From Bacteroidota bacterium (GTDB taxonomy: Bacteria > Bacteroidota > Bacteroidia > B-17B0 > Aurantibacillaceae): a stretch of DNA of 64,000 bases. The notes beneath the pieces are model-generated. The model made no database searches. It saw only the letters and a program-made list of their open reading frames with translations, and had not been told where the DNA came from. Numbering within the stretch: position 1 is the first letter of the stretch; the number at the start of each line of letters is the position of its first letter. Location: assembly GCA_025362395.1 (NCBI GenBank), contig JANYGK010000063.1, positions 28,955-92,954 of the forward strand, written 5' to 3'. Of this stretch, positions 16,633-25,241 are shown in pieces. Position numbers and translations under genes: made by a program.

Positions 16633-16717
16633 TGTTGGCATTATTGCCGATACAATATTAGTAAGGACTCCTAACTATATAATAGTCCAGATTTTAGAAT
16701 TATTGAGAATAACTGGA
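16633..16717. promoter_or_regulatory. promoter/operator region of the thioredoxin-fold operon
   Basis: Near-palindrome TGGCA-TTAT-TGCCG (16636..16649) lies 27-40 nt before the ATG at 16609. GGACT-N15-AGTCC surrounds ATAGTCCAGAT (16682..16692), with a distal CTGGA at 16713..16717. Confidence 0.4.
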
Positions 16718-16776
16718 TTAATTAATAAAATATCATTAGGTATAACTGTTTAGTTAGCTAACTATTTCTTTAAATC

Positions 16777-17159
16777 TCATTCTTTTTTATTGATACTATA
16801 AACGTAATTTAGTTTAGATTGCTTGCCAAAGTATGCAACTTCTTGTTCAGCAACTTTAATTGCGCCTAATCGGTAGGCTATTTGCGAACGAATATTATTA
16901 GCACCTATATGGAAATTTACACTTTAAACAAATTGAAAAATATAATCCACATTAAAGACTTAGCGGAATGATTTATTGCTTTTCCCCATTGTGTTGTAGC
17001 GTAAAAGGTATATCCAATTAGTATGCTATTTTCCTGATTATTATAGTCATAAAATCGAGTGCAGCCTATTATATATTCTGTAGTTTTATCTACTATTTTA
17101 AATGCACCACTACTTTCTGTAAAAAAAGTAAAGAAAAAGTAACGTATATAATCGTTCAC
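16777..17159 (-). pseudogene. GNAT (RimJ/RimL-like) N-acetyltransferase, 5'-truncated and frameshifted
   Basis: ...GAFKIVDKTTEYIIGCTRFYDY...IGYTFYATTQWGKAINHSAKSLM, then a frameshift at about 16917, then VNFHIGANNIRSQIAYRLGAIKVAEQEVAYFGKQSKLNYVYSINKKE*. About 50 N-terminal codons are absent. Confidence 0.7.
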
Positions 17160-17720
17160 ATGGTAGATAGATTCTCTCGTTCGGGTGCAAATGCCATTTA
17201 TATTAAAGAGAATTTAAAATCTAATGGCATTTACATCATGTCGGTAAGACAACCGGTTGATGTTATGACAACCAGCGGAGATTTTCAGCAAAATATATAA
17301 ATGATTTTTCCCACTACGATAATCAAGTAAGAAATTGAAAGCAAATTAAAACGCTTAGAAGAACGTTACGTAACAGAAGAATTACGACAAGATTTATACG
17401 TAAAATACGTTGAGAAATACAAGCAAGAAAAGGTCGAAATATGAAAGATTGGGTAGGGATGGAGTGCAAGGGTTCGAACCAAGAAAAAGTGATAGATTTA
17501 GCCCTCCAAAATGCCCTAAACTTGACTAATATGTGGGTTTCTGGCGGCTGGAAGCGAAAGGTAAGATTGCAGTATTTGCTGTTTCCTAATGGTTTACACT
17601 ATAATAAGAAAAATGACACAGTTCGAACCGAAAATATAAATCAGGCGTTCCTCTGGATGGCTTGTCAACAGCAGAAAATAAGCCGAATAAAAAGCGGAAT
17701 ACCGATATTAAATATCAAGT
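17160..17720 (+). pseudogene. decayed large serine recombinase (resolvase-type integrase relic)
   Basis: Fragment VDRFSRSGANAIYIKENLKSNGIYIMSVRQPVDVMTTSGDFQQNI (resolvase catalytic-domain core). Stops and frameshifts follow, then C-terminal-like pieces LKRLEERYVTEELRQDLYVKYVEKYKQEKVEI and NLTNMWVSGGWKRKVRLQYLLFPNGLHYNKKNDTVRTENIN. The middle of the gene is missing. It abuts the ssrA 3' end. Confidence 0.65.
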
Positions 17721-17730
17721 ATTCCGCTCC

Positions 17731-18098
17731 GGTGGACCCGGAGAGATTCGAACTCTCGTCCAAACAAGGAATTAGTGAGCTTTCTACAAAGTTTAGAACT
17801 TACTTGGTTTTCGATTTAAGTCAGGCGTAAATTCATACCAAACTTAAACTTAGCTATTGGTATTGCTTTAAGTAATAGCATTCCTAAAACAATTTGCTAA
17901 TTTATGATGCAAAATTCTCGTCGCTAAGCAAAAACGCTACGAGGGTTGCAAAGGTTGCTAAATCTTAGATTAAGCAGCCATAGCGTAAGAATTCTCTTCG
18001 CCGAATAAAAGTTTGAGAGTTGATTTTAAGGTGCCATATCCACAACGCACCACCTGCTTACTCATCAATCGCGCTCGCTGTCAAAACCGGTCGGGCCC
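17731..18098 (-). ncRNA. ssrA: tmRNA (ssrA)
   Basis: The minus strand starts GGGCCCGACCGGTTTTGACAGCG and ends GGACGAGAGTTCGAATCTCTCCGGGTCCACC. The acceptor stem GGGCCCG/CGGGTCC has a G3-U pair, and a T-arm is present. Internal tag ORF GGC GAA GAG AAT TCT TAC GCT ATG GCT GCT TAA gives GEENSYAMAA. The terminal A of CCA is not encoded. Confidence 0.92.
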
Positions 18099-18170
18099 AA
18101 AATATTAAAGAACTATTGTTTTTTAAGACTGTAAAGATACATCTTTTTCTGCGCTTTGTTTTTATTTTAT

Positions 18171-18431
18171 TTACAAACCGACTAAACGTATTGCTAATTT
18201 TTGTGAAGGATAACTATCTATTTCTATAATGTCACATACTTTTATTTGTATCATATTAAGTTTGGCAATATCTGAATAGTTTAGCTCATGCACTCCCGGT
18301 GTAGGATAATTATTTTGCATCATAAACATTTTACCCGATAATACACTCATCTTTCCTGTGTAATTAGGATGAAATTCGAAACTAACTTTCGTAAAATTTT
18401 CCTTTGCTTTAATGGCAATTTTATGGTACAC
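18171..18431 (-). CDS. hypothetical protein (possibly the 3' part of a frameshifted gene starting near 18534)
   Basis: 86 aa ORF with a GTG start. An upstream 33-codon ORF (MSDLYHDYFVKTNIEEKENPSKEAYIKLSGII*) ends just before it in another frame. Confidence 0.4.
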   Translation of the reverse strand: MYHKIAIKAKENFTKVSFEFHPNYTGKMSVLSGKMFMMQNNYPTPGVHELNYSDIAKLNMIQIKVCDIIEIDSYPSQKLAIRLVGL

Positions 18432-18618
18432 TTTATTTATATAATGCCTGAAAGTTTAATATATGCTTCTTTTGACGGGTTTTCTTTTTCTTCAATGTTA
18501 GTTTTTACAAAATAATCGTGATAAAGATCGCTCATCTTAAAATAAGGCTTCGTATCACTATTCGTTAAAATAATAATGTGTAAGCTTTTAATACTGATAA
18601 TTTAATCTATACTAAAAA

Positions 18619-18646
18619 GGCCGGTAATAGGATAATATTACCGGCC
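18619..18646 (-). terminator. rho-independent terminator downstream of the lysyl-oxidase-like gene
   Basis: Perfect 11 bp stem GGCCGGTAATA / TATTACCGGCC with a 6 nt loop. A-run on one side and T-run on the other. Confidence 0.8.
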
Positions 18647-18666
18647 TTTAAAAAATAGTATAAAAA

Positions 18667-21045
18667 TTATTTTGCTACAACGATCGGTTTGGTCGCTACT
18701 CCCGATTTAGAACTTAAGGTTATATAATAAACACCCGATTTATAATCGCTTATATTAATAGGATATGTAAAGGATTCATTTAATATAATTTTTTCCGTAT
18801 ATAATAACCTTCCGGCAATATCCCGTATCTCCACCAGCGCATCTTCCCCGTTTTTTGTATAACCGGTTAATTGTATGATATCCGTAGCAGGATTCGGTAC
18901 CGCCGAAAAGTAATGATCTGTGTTGGCGATCTGCGCCACACCCACTCCAATATTCATTTGCATGCAAATGGTATCTCTTACTTTATTGATTGCTTCGTAT
19001 TGCTTATTCACTATATCCGTAATACTTGTAATACAGATATTCCCTGTGGGGTTGGTATAATAAACCCGGCAAAGTGACTGTGGTGTAGAGCTCTTGGGAA
19101 TGGTAGAATCCTTATATGATAAACAAATGATTTTATTTCCGTTTACTAAAAAATCAGGATTTTCAGGGTAAAACGCTATGGGAACCCGGTTAACTACATT
19201 TAAAATGCTTGCCCCGCTAATGTTGAACTCATAACCCAAAATGGGTGAATTCGGATTTGTAATGTCTATATCAAAAAAGTTTTGGGCAAGGTTAATACCG
19301 CTTATACTTATGGTAGCTGTTTGATTGGGATTGAGGGTTCCCTGCGGGAACATACATTTTGAATTGAGGTTGGTACCATGCAAGGCGCAGTTTGTGATGA
19401 GGGCGGCGTCCCATACCGTTATGCTTCCGCTGTTGTTAAGATCATTACAGGACGTGGGCGTAATCGTATTGTTCAGTATCTTACTAACATACAACCGCCC
19501 ATCTACCACCTGTTGAGTTCCGCTTACATTTAAATCTCCCATCTTGGTTGTACCCGCACATACCCCATTACAATCTACCTTGGCATTACCGAATTGTACA
19601 CCCGCGCAGTCAGAAAAAGAAGGACATGAGCTCAGTAAATTAAAGCTTTTAACGCCTGCCGAATTTTTGGTAATGTGAATACAGGCTTGGGCCCAGTTGT
19701 TATCGTAAGTTTTTTCATAATGTCCCAAAGCATCTGCCGATTGGTCCCAGTTTACTTTAGCTGCCATGGTATAGCTTCCAGTATCTACGTCCGTAATATC
19801 GATCCATTGACAATCCAGCCCGGCGGAATAAATATCTCCGCATTGCTTGGAAATTCCCATGTTACTACAGGAGAACTTGGCTATTCCCCCGTCCGGGCAA
19901 CCGTCGTAATCCAATACACAAAAACCGTTCTTAAACCCAACAGGGATCATGCTACCGTTAAACTTATACAAGCGGTACTCCGCATAACCCTCATAATGCG
20001 CATGCCCGTGGCAATTATTAAACGTAAACTGACCGGGGTGCGTGGAAGGCCCGCCAATGTAATAATCCAGGTCGCCGACATTCTTAATGTAGGTATCAAA
20101 TTTAATTACTGTACGGTTTCCGTAACCGCTCAGGCAACTTTCCGCTACACGGCAATCTCCCGCAAGTGCATTTACTGTTCCGAGGTTCAGTGAGCTGATA
20201 AACTGCGACTGAACAATGGTAAGATCAGGTCCCGAACATAATGGATTGGGATAATACATACAGCTTCCGTCATCTACACTCGCCAAAGGATTATAATTAC
20301 AGGCCGTAGAAACCGTACAACCCGAAATAGGACCGGCATAATTAATTGCAAATGTAATAGGGGCTGAACAGGCGCTGTTAAGCGAGCCTACTCTTATGAT
20401 ATAGGTTTTAGCGGTATCCAATGCGCCTGATACTTTTGAAAGCAAAGCGCAATAATCATCATTATACATGATAGTACCTGTATTATTGGTTGTAAAAGGG
20501 CCGTTGCAATTTTCATATACCCATATTTTGGTATTACAGGTATTGGTTAAGCCACACATAGTAAAATCGTATATGCCAAGCTGTGTAGGCTTAAACTTAT
20601 AATAATATTCCGACCCGGGGGCCGTATAGGTACCCGTAGTGACTGACAATGCGGAAGAGCAGGATTCCCCTGGCGCGCAATTGAAATAGTAATTATATGA
20701 GCTTCCGTATTGCCCGTTATTATTGAGCTGCAACACATTGTTAACGTAAATTTGGAAACTGCCCGTACCGTAATTACAGCATATCCCGTCACCGTATGTG
20801 TCAGTAATATTAAAATCAAGGCAAGTTGATGAACTCACGCATACAGTAGATGTATAGGTAGTTGTATTGGTTAAGGTAGGATTAGATAAAAGGACATTCC
20901 CGAATTTATCCTTTAATAGCCAGGAAGTTTCCAACGGGTAATTGTCAGTGGATAATACTATTTTAATTTGTATTTGTCCTACAGGGCATTGGCTGTAAGC
21001 AACGGACATTAAGCTGATTAATAAGTAAGTAAAGATGTATTTCAT
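18667..21045 (-). CDS. T9SS-secreted multidomain protein with a lysyl oxidase (LOX) catalytic domain
   Basis: Signal peptide. Cys-rich N-terminal modules. LOX core: PDLTIV...NNCHGHAHYEGY...GFKNGFCVLDY...CGDIYSAGLDCQWIDITDV, where CQWIDITDV is identical to animal LOX. C-terminal type A T9SS sorting domain (VPNPATDIIQL...GVYYITLSS...). Confidence 0.85.
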   Translation of the reverse strand: MKYIFTYLLISLMSVAYSQCPVGQIQIKIVLSTDNYPLETSWLLKDKFGNVLLSNPTLTNTTTYTSTVCVSSSTCLDFNITDTYGDGICCNYGTGSFQIYVNNVLQLNNNGQYGSSYNYYFNCAPGESCSSALSVTTGTYTAPGSEYYYKFKPTQLGIYDFTMCGLTNTCNTKIWVYENCNGPFTTNNTGTIMYNDDYCALLSKVSGALDTAKTYIIRVGSLNSACSAPITFAINYAGPISGCTVSTACNYNPLASVDDGSCMYYPNPLCSGPDLTIVQSQFISSLNLGTVNALAGDCRVAESCLSGYGNRTVIKFDTYIKNVGDLDYYIGGPSTHPGQFTFNNCHGHAHYEGYAEYRLYKFNGSMIPVGFKNGFCVLDYDGCPDGGIAKFSCSNMGISKQCGDIYSAGLDCQWIDITDVDTGSYTMAAKVNWDQSADALGHYEKTYDNNWAQACIHITKNSAGVKSFNLLSSCPSFSDCAGVQFGNAKVDCNGVCAGTTKMGDLNVSGTQQVVDGRLYVSKILNNTITPTSCNDLNNSGSITVWDAALITNCALHGTNLNSKCMFPQGTLNPNQTATISISGINLAQNFFDIDITNPNSPILGYEFNISGASILNVVNRVPIAFYPENPDFLVNGNKIICLSYKDSTIPKSSTPQSLCRVYYTNPTGNICITSITDIVNKQYEAINKVRDTICMQMNIGVGVAQIANTDHYFSAVPNPATDIIQLTGYTKNGEDALVEIRDIAGRLLYTEKIILNESFTYPINISDYKSGVYYITLSSKSGVATKPIVVAK

Positions 21046-21222
21046 AGTTTTGAGTTTAATGGTTTAACTGATTACATGGAAAGCGGGTTAAATTTATTAT
21101 GTTTACGTTTTAATAAAAGATACGTTATAAAAACACTCCTTCAAATCCGGATTATTTTTGTATCCTTAAAATTAAACTGTTTTTTTGTAAAAACAAACAT
21201 ATTCACTCAATTATAAATAAGT

Positions 21223-22428
21223 ATGAATAAAATTAAAATAGGAGTCCTACGCGAGGAAAAATCCCCGCCCGATAAACGAGTACCTTTAACTCCTTTAATT
21301 TGTACAGAACTATTAACGCTATATCCTGAGTTGGAAATAGTGATTCAGCCAAGTAAAATACGGTGTTATGATGACGATGAATACCTGGCCTTTGGACTTA
21401 CTTTACAGGAAGATCTGACAGATTGCGATGTATTAATGGGAGTGAAAGAAGTGCCCGCTGATAAATTAATTCCAAATAAAAAATATTTTTTCTTTTCTCA
21501 TACTATAAAAAAACAGCCTCATAATATAAAATTAATGAAAACGCTGATCGAGAAAAAAATTCAGATGATTGACTACGAAACATTGACGGATAAAGACCAT
21601 AACCGCATCATCGGCTTCGGACGATTTGCTGGCATTGTTGGCGCCTATAACGGCATTTTAGGATATGGCCGTAAGTATGAGGTATTTCATATTAAGCCTG
21701 CTCATTTATGCAGAGACCGTGCAGAGATGGAAGAGGAACTTAAAAGGGTTAAATTACCAAACATTAAAATTGCATTATCCGGTGGCGGACGTGTAGCCAA
21801 CGGCGTTATTGAAATTTTATCTGCTCTGCGCATCAGAAAAGTAACACCTGAAGAATTTTTAACGGCCTCTTTTCGTGAGCCGGTATATTGCCAGCTAAAC
21901 ACGAAGGATTACGCTGAATTGCCCACAGATCATAATTACGACAATAATGACTTTTATAAGCATCCCGAACATTTTGTAACAAAATTTATTCCGTATACAA
22001 AAGTTACAGATGTGTATATTTCAGCACATTATTGGGACCCTAAATCTCCAAAAATGTTTTCCACAGGTGATTTAAAAGCTTCAAATTTCCACATCAGTGT
22101 AATTGCTGATATTACCTGTGATATTGATGGAAGTATTCCAACCACTTTAAGGTCAAGCACAATTGATAAACCATTTTACGGATACAATCCAAAAACAGGC
22201 AAGGAAGACGTTCCTTTTAGCAAAGAAACCATTTGTATTATGGCCGTAGATAATTTGCCCTGCGAATTACCGCGTGATGCAAGCGATGATTTCAGCAAAG
22301 ATTTAATGGAGCGCGTGCTGCCTTATTTATTTAAAGAAGATACCGATAAAATTATTGAACGCGCCAGCATTTGCAAGCAAGGCAAGCTGATGCCTAATTT
22401 TGAATATTTAAGTGATTACGCTTATTAA
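21223..22428 (+). CDS. lysine-ketoglutarate reductase-like oxidoreductase (AlaDH/PNT-fold, saccharopine dehydrogenase family)
   Basis: GVLREEKSPPDKRVPLTP...IQPS..R.....EY...G..LQEDL..C....GVKEVP...L...K.Y.FFSHTIKKQ closely parallels the LKR domain of eukaryotic AASS as I recall it. Confidence 0.7.
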   Translation: MNKIKIGVLREEKSPPDKRVPLTPLICTELLTLYPELEIVIQPSKIRCYDDDEYLAFGLTLQEDLTDCDVLMGVKEVPADKLIPNKKYFFFSHTIKKQPHNIKLMKTLIEKKIQMIDYETLTDKDHNRIIGFGRFAGIVGAYNGILGYGRKYEVFHIKPAHLCRDRAEMEEELKRVKLPNIKIALSGGGRVANGVIEILSALRIRKVTPEEFLTASFREPVYCQLNTKDYAELPTDHNYDNNDFYKHPEHFVTKFIPYTKVTDVYISAHYWDPKSPKMFSTGDLKASNFHISVIADITCDIDGSIPTTLRSSTIDKPFYGYNPKTGKEDVPFSKETICIMAVDNLPCELPRDASDDFSKDLMERVLPYLFKEDTDKIIERASICKQGKLMPNFEYLSDYAY

Positions 22429-22662
22429 CAGTCAGAGGATTTCGGAAGTTGTAAAAAGATGGAACGCTGATAACGCTGATTATTGTGAGGAAAAATGATT
22501 AGGATCAAAAAGAGTTGTTTTCCTGAACTTATTTCAGGGCCTCATAGGCAGTAAACAAAGCATACATACCCTTTCTCTACATACTCATTCGTCAGGATCA
22601 AACTACGGATACTCTAGTATTGAATTCATACCATTTTCCATTCTTCCTTTTACATACTATTA

Positions 22663-22947
22663 CTATTTCTGAACGAACACAAAGATATCTTCATTATCTT
22701 TCTTCATCAGGTATTTTTCGCGGGCAAAGGTCTCTAAGCTTACTTTATTATTTTGAAGCTCGTGAATTTCGAGTTTGTTCTTTTCTATTTCCGCTATATA
22801 ATAATCACGTTCTGTTTTAAGCTTATTGCATTTATTTATTAATTCGAATTGGGTAAACACATCATTCCTGTCAAAATACAACAGCCAAACAATAAGCCCT
22901 ACAATAACCAGAAAGTATTTATTTTTTATGATATTAAAAATGGCCAT
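22663..22947 (-). CDS. septum formation initiator (FtsB/DivIC-like) family protein
   Basis: 94 aa. One N-terminal TM helix followed by a coiled coil (LKTERDYYIAEIEKNKLEIHELQNN) and an ARE.Y.MKK tail. Confidence 0.75.
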   Translation of the reverse strand: MAIFNIIKNKYFLVIVGLIVWLLYFDRNDVFTQFELINKCNKLKTERDYYIAEIEKNKLEIHELQNNKVSLETFAREKYLMKKDNEDIFVFVQK

Positions 22948-23000
22948 TAAATAAGTGTAATTTAGATATGCTAATTTACCCGGATAAAATTTTAAATTTC

Positions 23001-23762
23001 ATGACGATTAAAAATGTTATAAAAAGCACTGTGTTAGTTGTTTTTATCTTTAAACAATCCTTTTCACAAATAAATGCGCCCGGCTTTAAACAATCCCAGC
23101 TTAAAAATGCGCGTGTAAAAACAGCTTATGACGAGAAGTGGCCTGCTTTACAAAGTGATCTGAAAGACAAGAAGTTAGACCCCGTTAATTTCGATGTGTA
23201 TTTAAGGGTTTTTAAACAGGAAAAAGAAATACAAGTATGGATGAAGAACACTTCTGAAACAACTTATAAATTATTCAGAACCTATGCGGTTTGCGCGTCA
23301 AGCGGTTCACTCGGCCCAAAAAGAAAAGAAGGAGACGGGCAAGTACCCGAAGGTTTTTATAAAATTGACCTGTTTAACCCTACCAGTAATTATTACCTGA
23401 GTTTACGTGTAAGTTACCCTAATTCTAGCGACCTAATACTTAAAGAAGGCGCTAATGCAGGAGGTGCCATCATGGTGCACGGCAATTGTGTAACCATAGG
23501 CTGCTTGCCGATTACTGATGATAAAATAAAAGAACTGTATGTATTATGCGTGGAAGCCCAAAACAGGAAACGTCTCTTAACTATTGATATTTTTCCTGCT
23601 AAATTAACCGAATCAAACATGACAATACTCCGGGCTAATTATTCGAAAGCTGATGTTACTTTTTGGAACAGCTTAAAACCTCGCTATACTTATTTTGAAA
23701 AGAATAATGCGTTTCCTGAAATGAAAATAGATAAAAGGGGAGCTTATATCTATAATAACTAA
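23001..23762 (+). CDS. L,D-transpeptidase catalytic-domain (YkuD-like) protein
   Basis: Signal peptide MTIKNVIKSTVLVVFIFKQSFSQ and catalytic motif IMVHGNCVTIGCLPI. The internal ATG at 23001 is preferred over 22968. Confidence 0.75.
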   Translation: MTIKNVIKSTVLVVFIFKQSFSQINAPGFKQSQLKNARVKTAYDEKWPALQSDLKDKKLDPVNFDVYLRVFKQEKEIQVWMKNTSETTYKLFRTYAVCASSGSLGPKRKEGDGQVPEGFYKIDLFNPTSNYYLSLRVSYPNSSDLILKEGANAGGAIMVHGNCVTIGCLPITDDKIKELYVLCVEAQNRKRLLTIDIFPAKLTESNMTILRANYSKADVTFWNSLKPRYTYFEKNNAFPEMKIDKRGAYIYNN

Positions 23763-23899
23763 CCTACTTTAATTTGCGCCGTAACCCGATAAAACCTTTT
23801 TTAAAATGTTGAAAAAGCCGGGATGACTTTTTTATAAATTTATTTTTCCGATAGTATGCCGGCGTATATTTACCCATACTAAAGCTATATTACTGAACT

Positions 23900-25027
23900 A
23901 TGCGCCTTACGCAACGCTTACAGCTTATTAAACTCACTGTGCTCATCGGTTTATTTGCATCAGTTTTATTAAGTATTAACTTGTGGGCAGGTCAACGGTG
24001 GTTTCCAAAAGTTCCATTAATAGAAGGCTTTTCAGGCTTAAGGGCTCCTTTTGATTACATTAATGTAGCCGTTATTGTGTTGCTTTTGTTTTTTTGTTTT
24101 TCCAATACAAGTAAAAAACCAGTATTGGCTTTACTCCTCTTTTGTATGTATTTATGTTTTGAAGATCAGAACCGAGTTCAGCCCTGGTTTTTCAACTACC
24201 TCTTTATATTATGCATTTTACTGTTCTATAAACAGCGAATGGATGAACCCAATAATTTTATCTCCGTATTTATGTGTTTACAGGTTTTGGTGGCGCTTAT
24301 TTATATATTCAGTGGAATCCAAAAATTTAATTCGTTTTTTGTAGAAGATACATTTAAATGGATGATTGGGCCTTTAAACCCGGTTTTAAGCGTTAAACAA
24401 ATGGCACTTTTTACACGGGCAGGAAATTTGGTGCCTTATTTTGAACTGTTTATAGGTTTTGGCTTATTAATTAAGCAGACGCGCTTTATTGCGTTGCCAC
24501 TGGTTATTATAATGCATGTATTTATTTTATTAATGTTGGGGCCTGTGGGTAAATCATTTAATTATGTGATATGGCCATGGAACATGGTAATGATTGTTTT
24601 ATGCTTATTACTTTTTTCGAACGTTAAGCAAGAACGGTTTTTCGATATTTCCATTCTCTTTAAAAGCGCCGCATTTTATTTAGTAATCACCGTTATGCTT
24701 ATCTTCCCTATCTTCAGTCTTAATAATAAATACGATTCGTATTTATCAAGCTCCTTATATTCAGGTAACACACACGGCTGCAAATTAATTTTATCGGATA
24801 AAGCGTATCAAAAATTACCATTTTACCTTAAATCATTTGTTACACGCAACAGTGATTATAATATTCTATACATTAAAAACTGGGCTATGAATGAATTAAA
24901 TGTTCCCTGCGTGCCTGAATACAGGATATTTAAAAAGGTGCAGAGCTATGTTATGGATATTACGGGTTCAACACCTCAGGATGTAAAACTGGACTTTACG
25001 GAAAGAGAAAAGGTCATTGATTTTTAA
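23900..25027 (+). CDS. hypothetical polytopic membrane protein
   Basis: 375 aa, about 8 hydrophobic segments, soluble C-terminal region. Family not recognised. Confidence 0.6.
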   Translation: MRLTQRLQLIKLTVLIGLFASVLLSINLWAGQRWFPKVPLIEGFSGLRAPFDYINVAVIVLLLFFCFSNTSKKPVLALLLFCMYLCFEDQNRVQPWFFNYLFILCILLFYKQRMDEPNNFISVFMCLQVLVALIYIFSGIQKFNSFFVEDTFKWMIGPLNPVLSVKQMALFTRAGNLVPYFELFIGFGLLIKQTRFIALPLVIIMHVFILLMLGPVGKSFNYVIWPWNMVMIVLCLLLFSNVKQERFFDISILFKSAAFYLVITVMLIFPIFSLNNKYDSYLSSSLYSGNTHGCKLILSDKAYQKLPFYLKSFVTRNSDYNILYIKNWAMNELNVPCVPEYRIFKKVQSYVMDITGSTPQDVKLDFTEREKVIDF

Positions 25028-25241
25028 AATTTAATTACGTACGACTTATATCTCTCATACGTTAGTAACTGATTTTTTTTTAGGAGGCATTATGAAAAAG
25101 TTTTGAGCGATGAAAAGTTAAGTTGGTGTTCGTCCTTTGCTTTTTTGATTCTTTTTTCGTCAAGCTTTTAAAAAAAATAAATAAGTTAGTTAAAACATCC
25201 TTACAAATGTTTCTTGATTTTACAACTAACATTTTAAACTA

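Noticed and set aside
17471-17480. GGTTCGAACC, a T-loop-like sequence suggesting a tRNA or a duplicated ssrA 3' end marking an attachment site
   Set aside because: The flanking bases cannot form a T-stem or acceptor stem and do not match the ssrA 3' end. I found no convincing direct repeat of the ssrA terminus in 10-17.7 kb by eye.
17441-17830. 129 aa plus-strand ORF
   Set aside because: It is a chimera. The first part is a C-terminal fragment of the decayed serine recombinase. The last 30 or so codons are antisense to the tRNA-like 3' domain of tmRNA.
18020-18229. 69 aa plus-strand ORF
   Set aside because: It overlaps the 5' third of ssrA in antisense and then runs into AT-rich spacer, with no coding features.
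19675-20193. 172 aa plus-strand ORF, plus several other 60-90 aa ORFs inside the LOX-like gene
   Set aside because: They lie antisense or off-frame within a locally GC-richer gene, where stop codons are rarer. The products are low-complexity with no motifs.
22466-22510. Tandem ACGCTGAT-A-ACGCTGAT, and AGGATCAAA repeated at 22501 and 22594, as a possible micro-repeat array
   Set aside because: There are only two units of each word, with no spacer/repeat periodicity and no cas genes. This is most likely debris of the dispersed intergenic element family, not a CRISPR or functional array.
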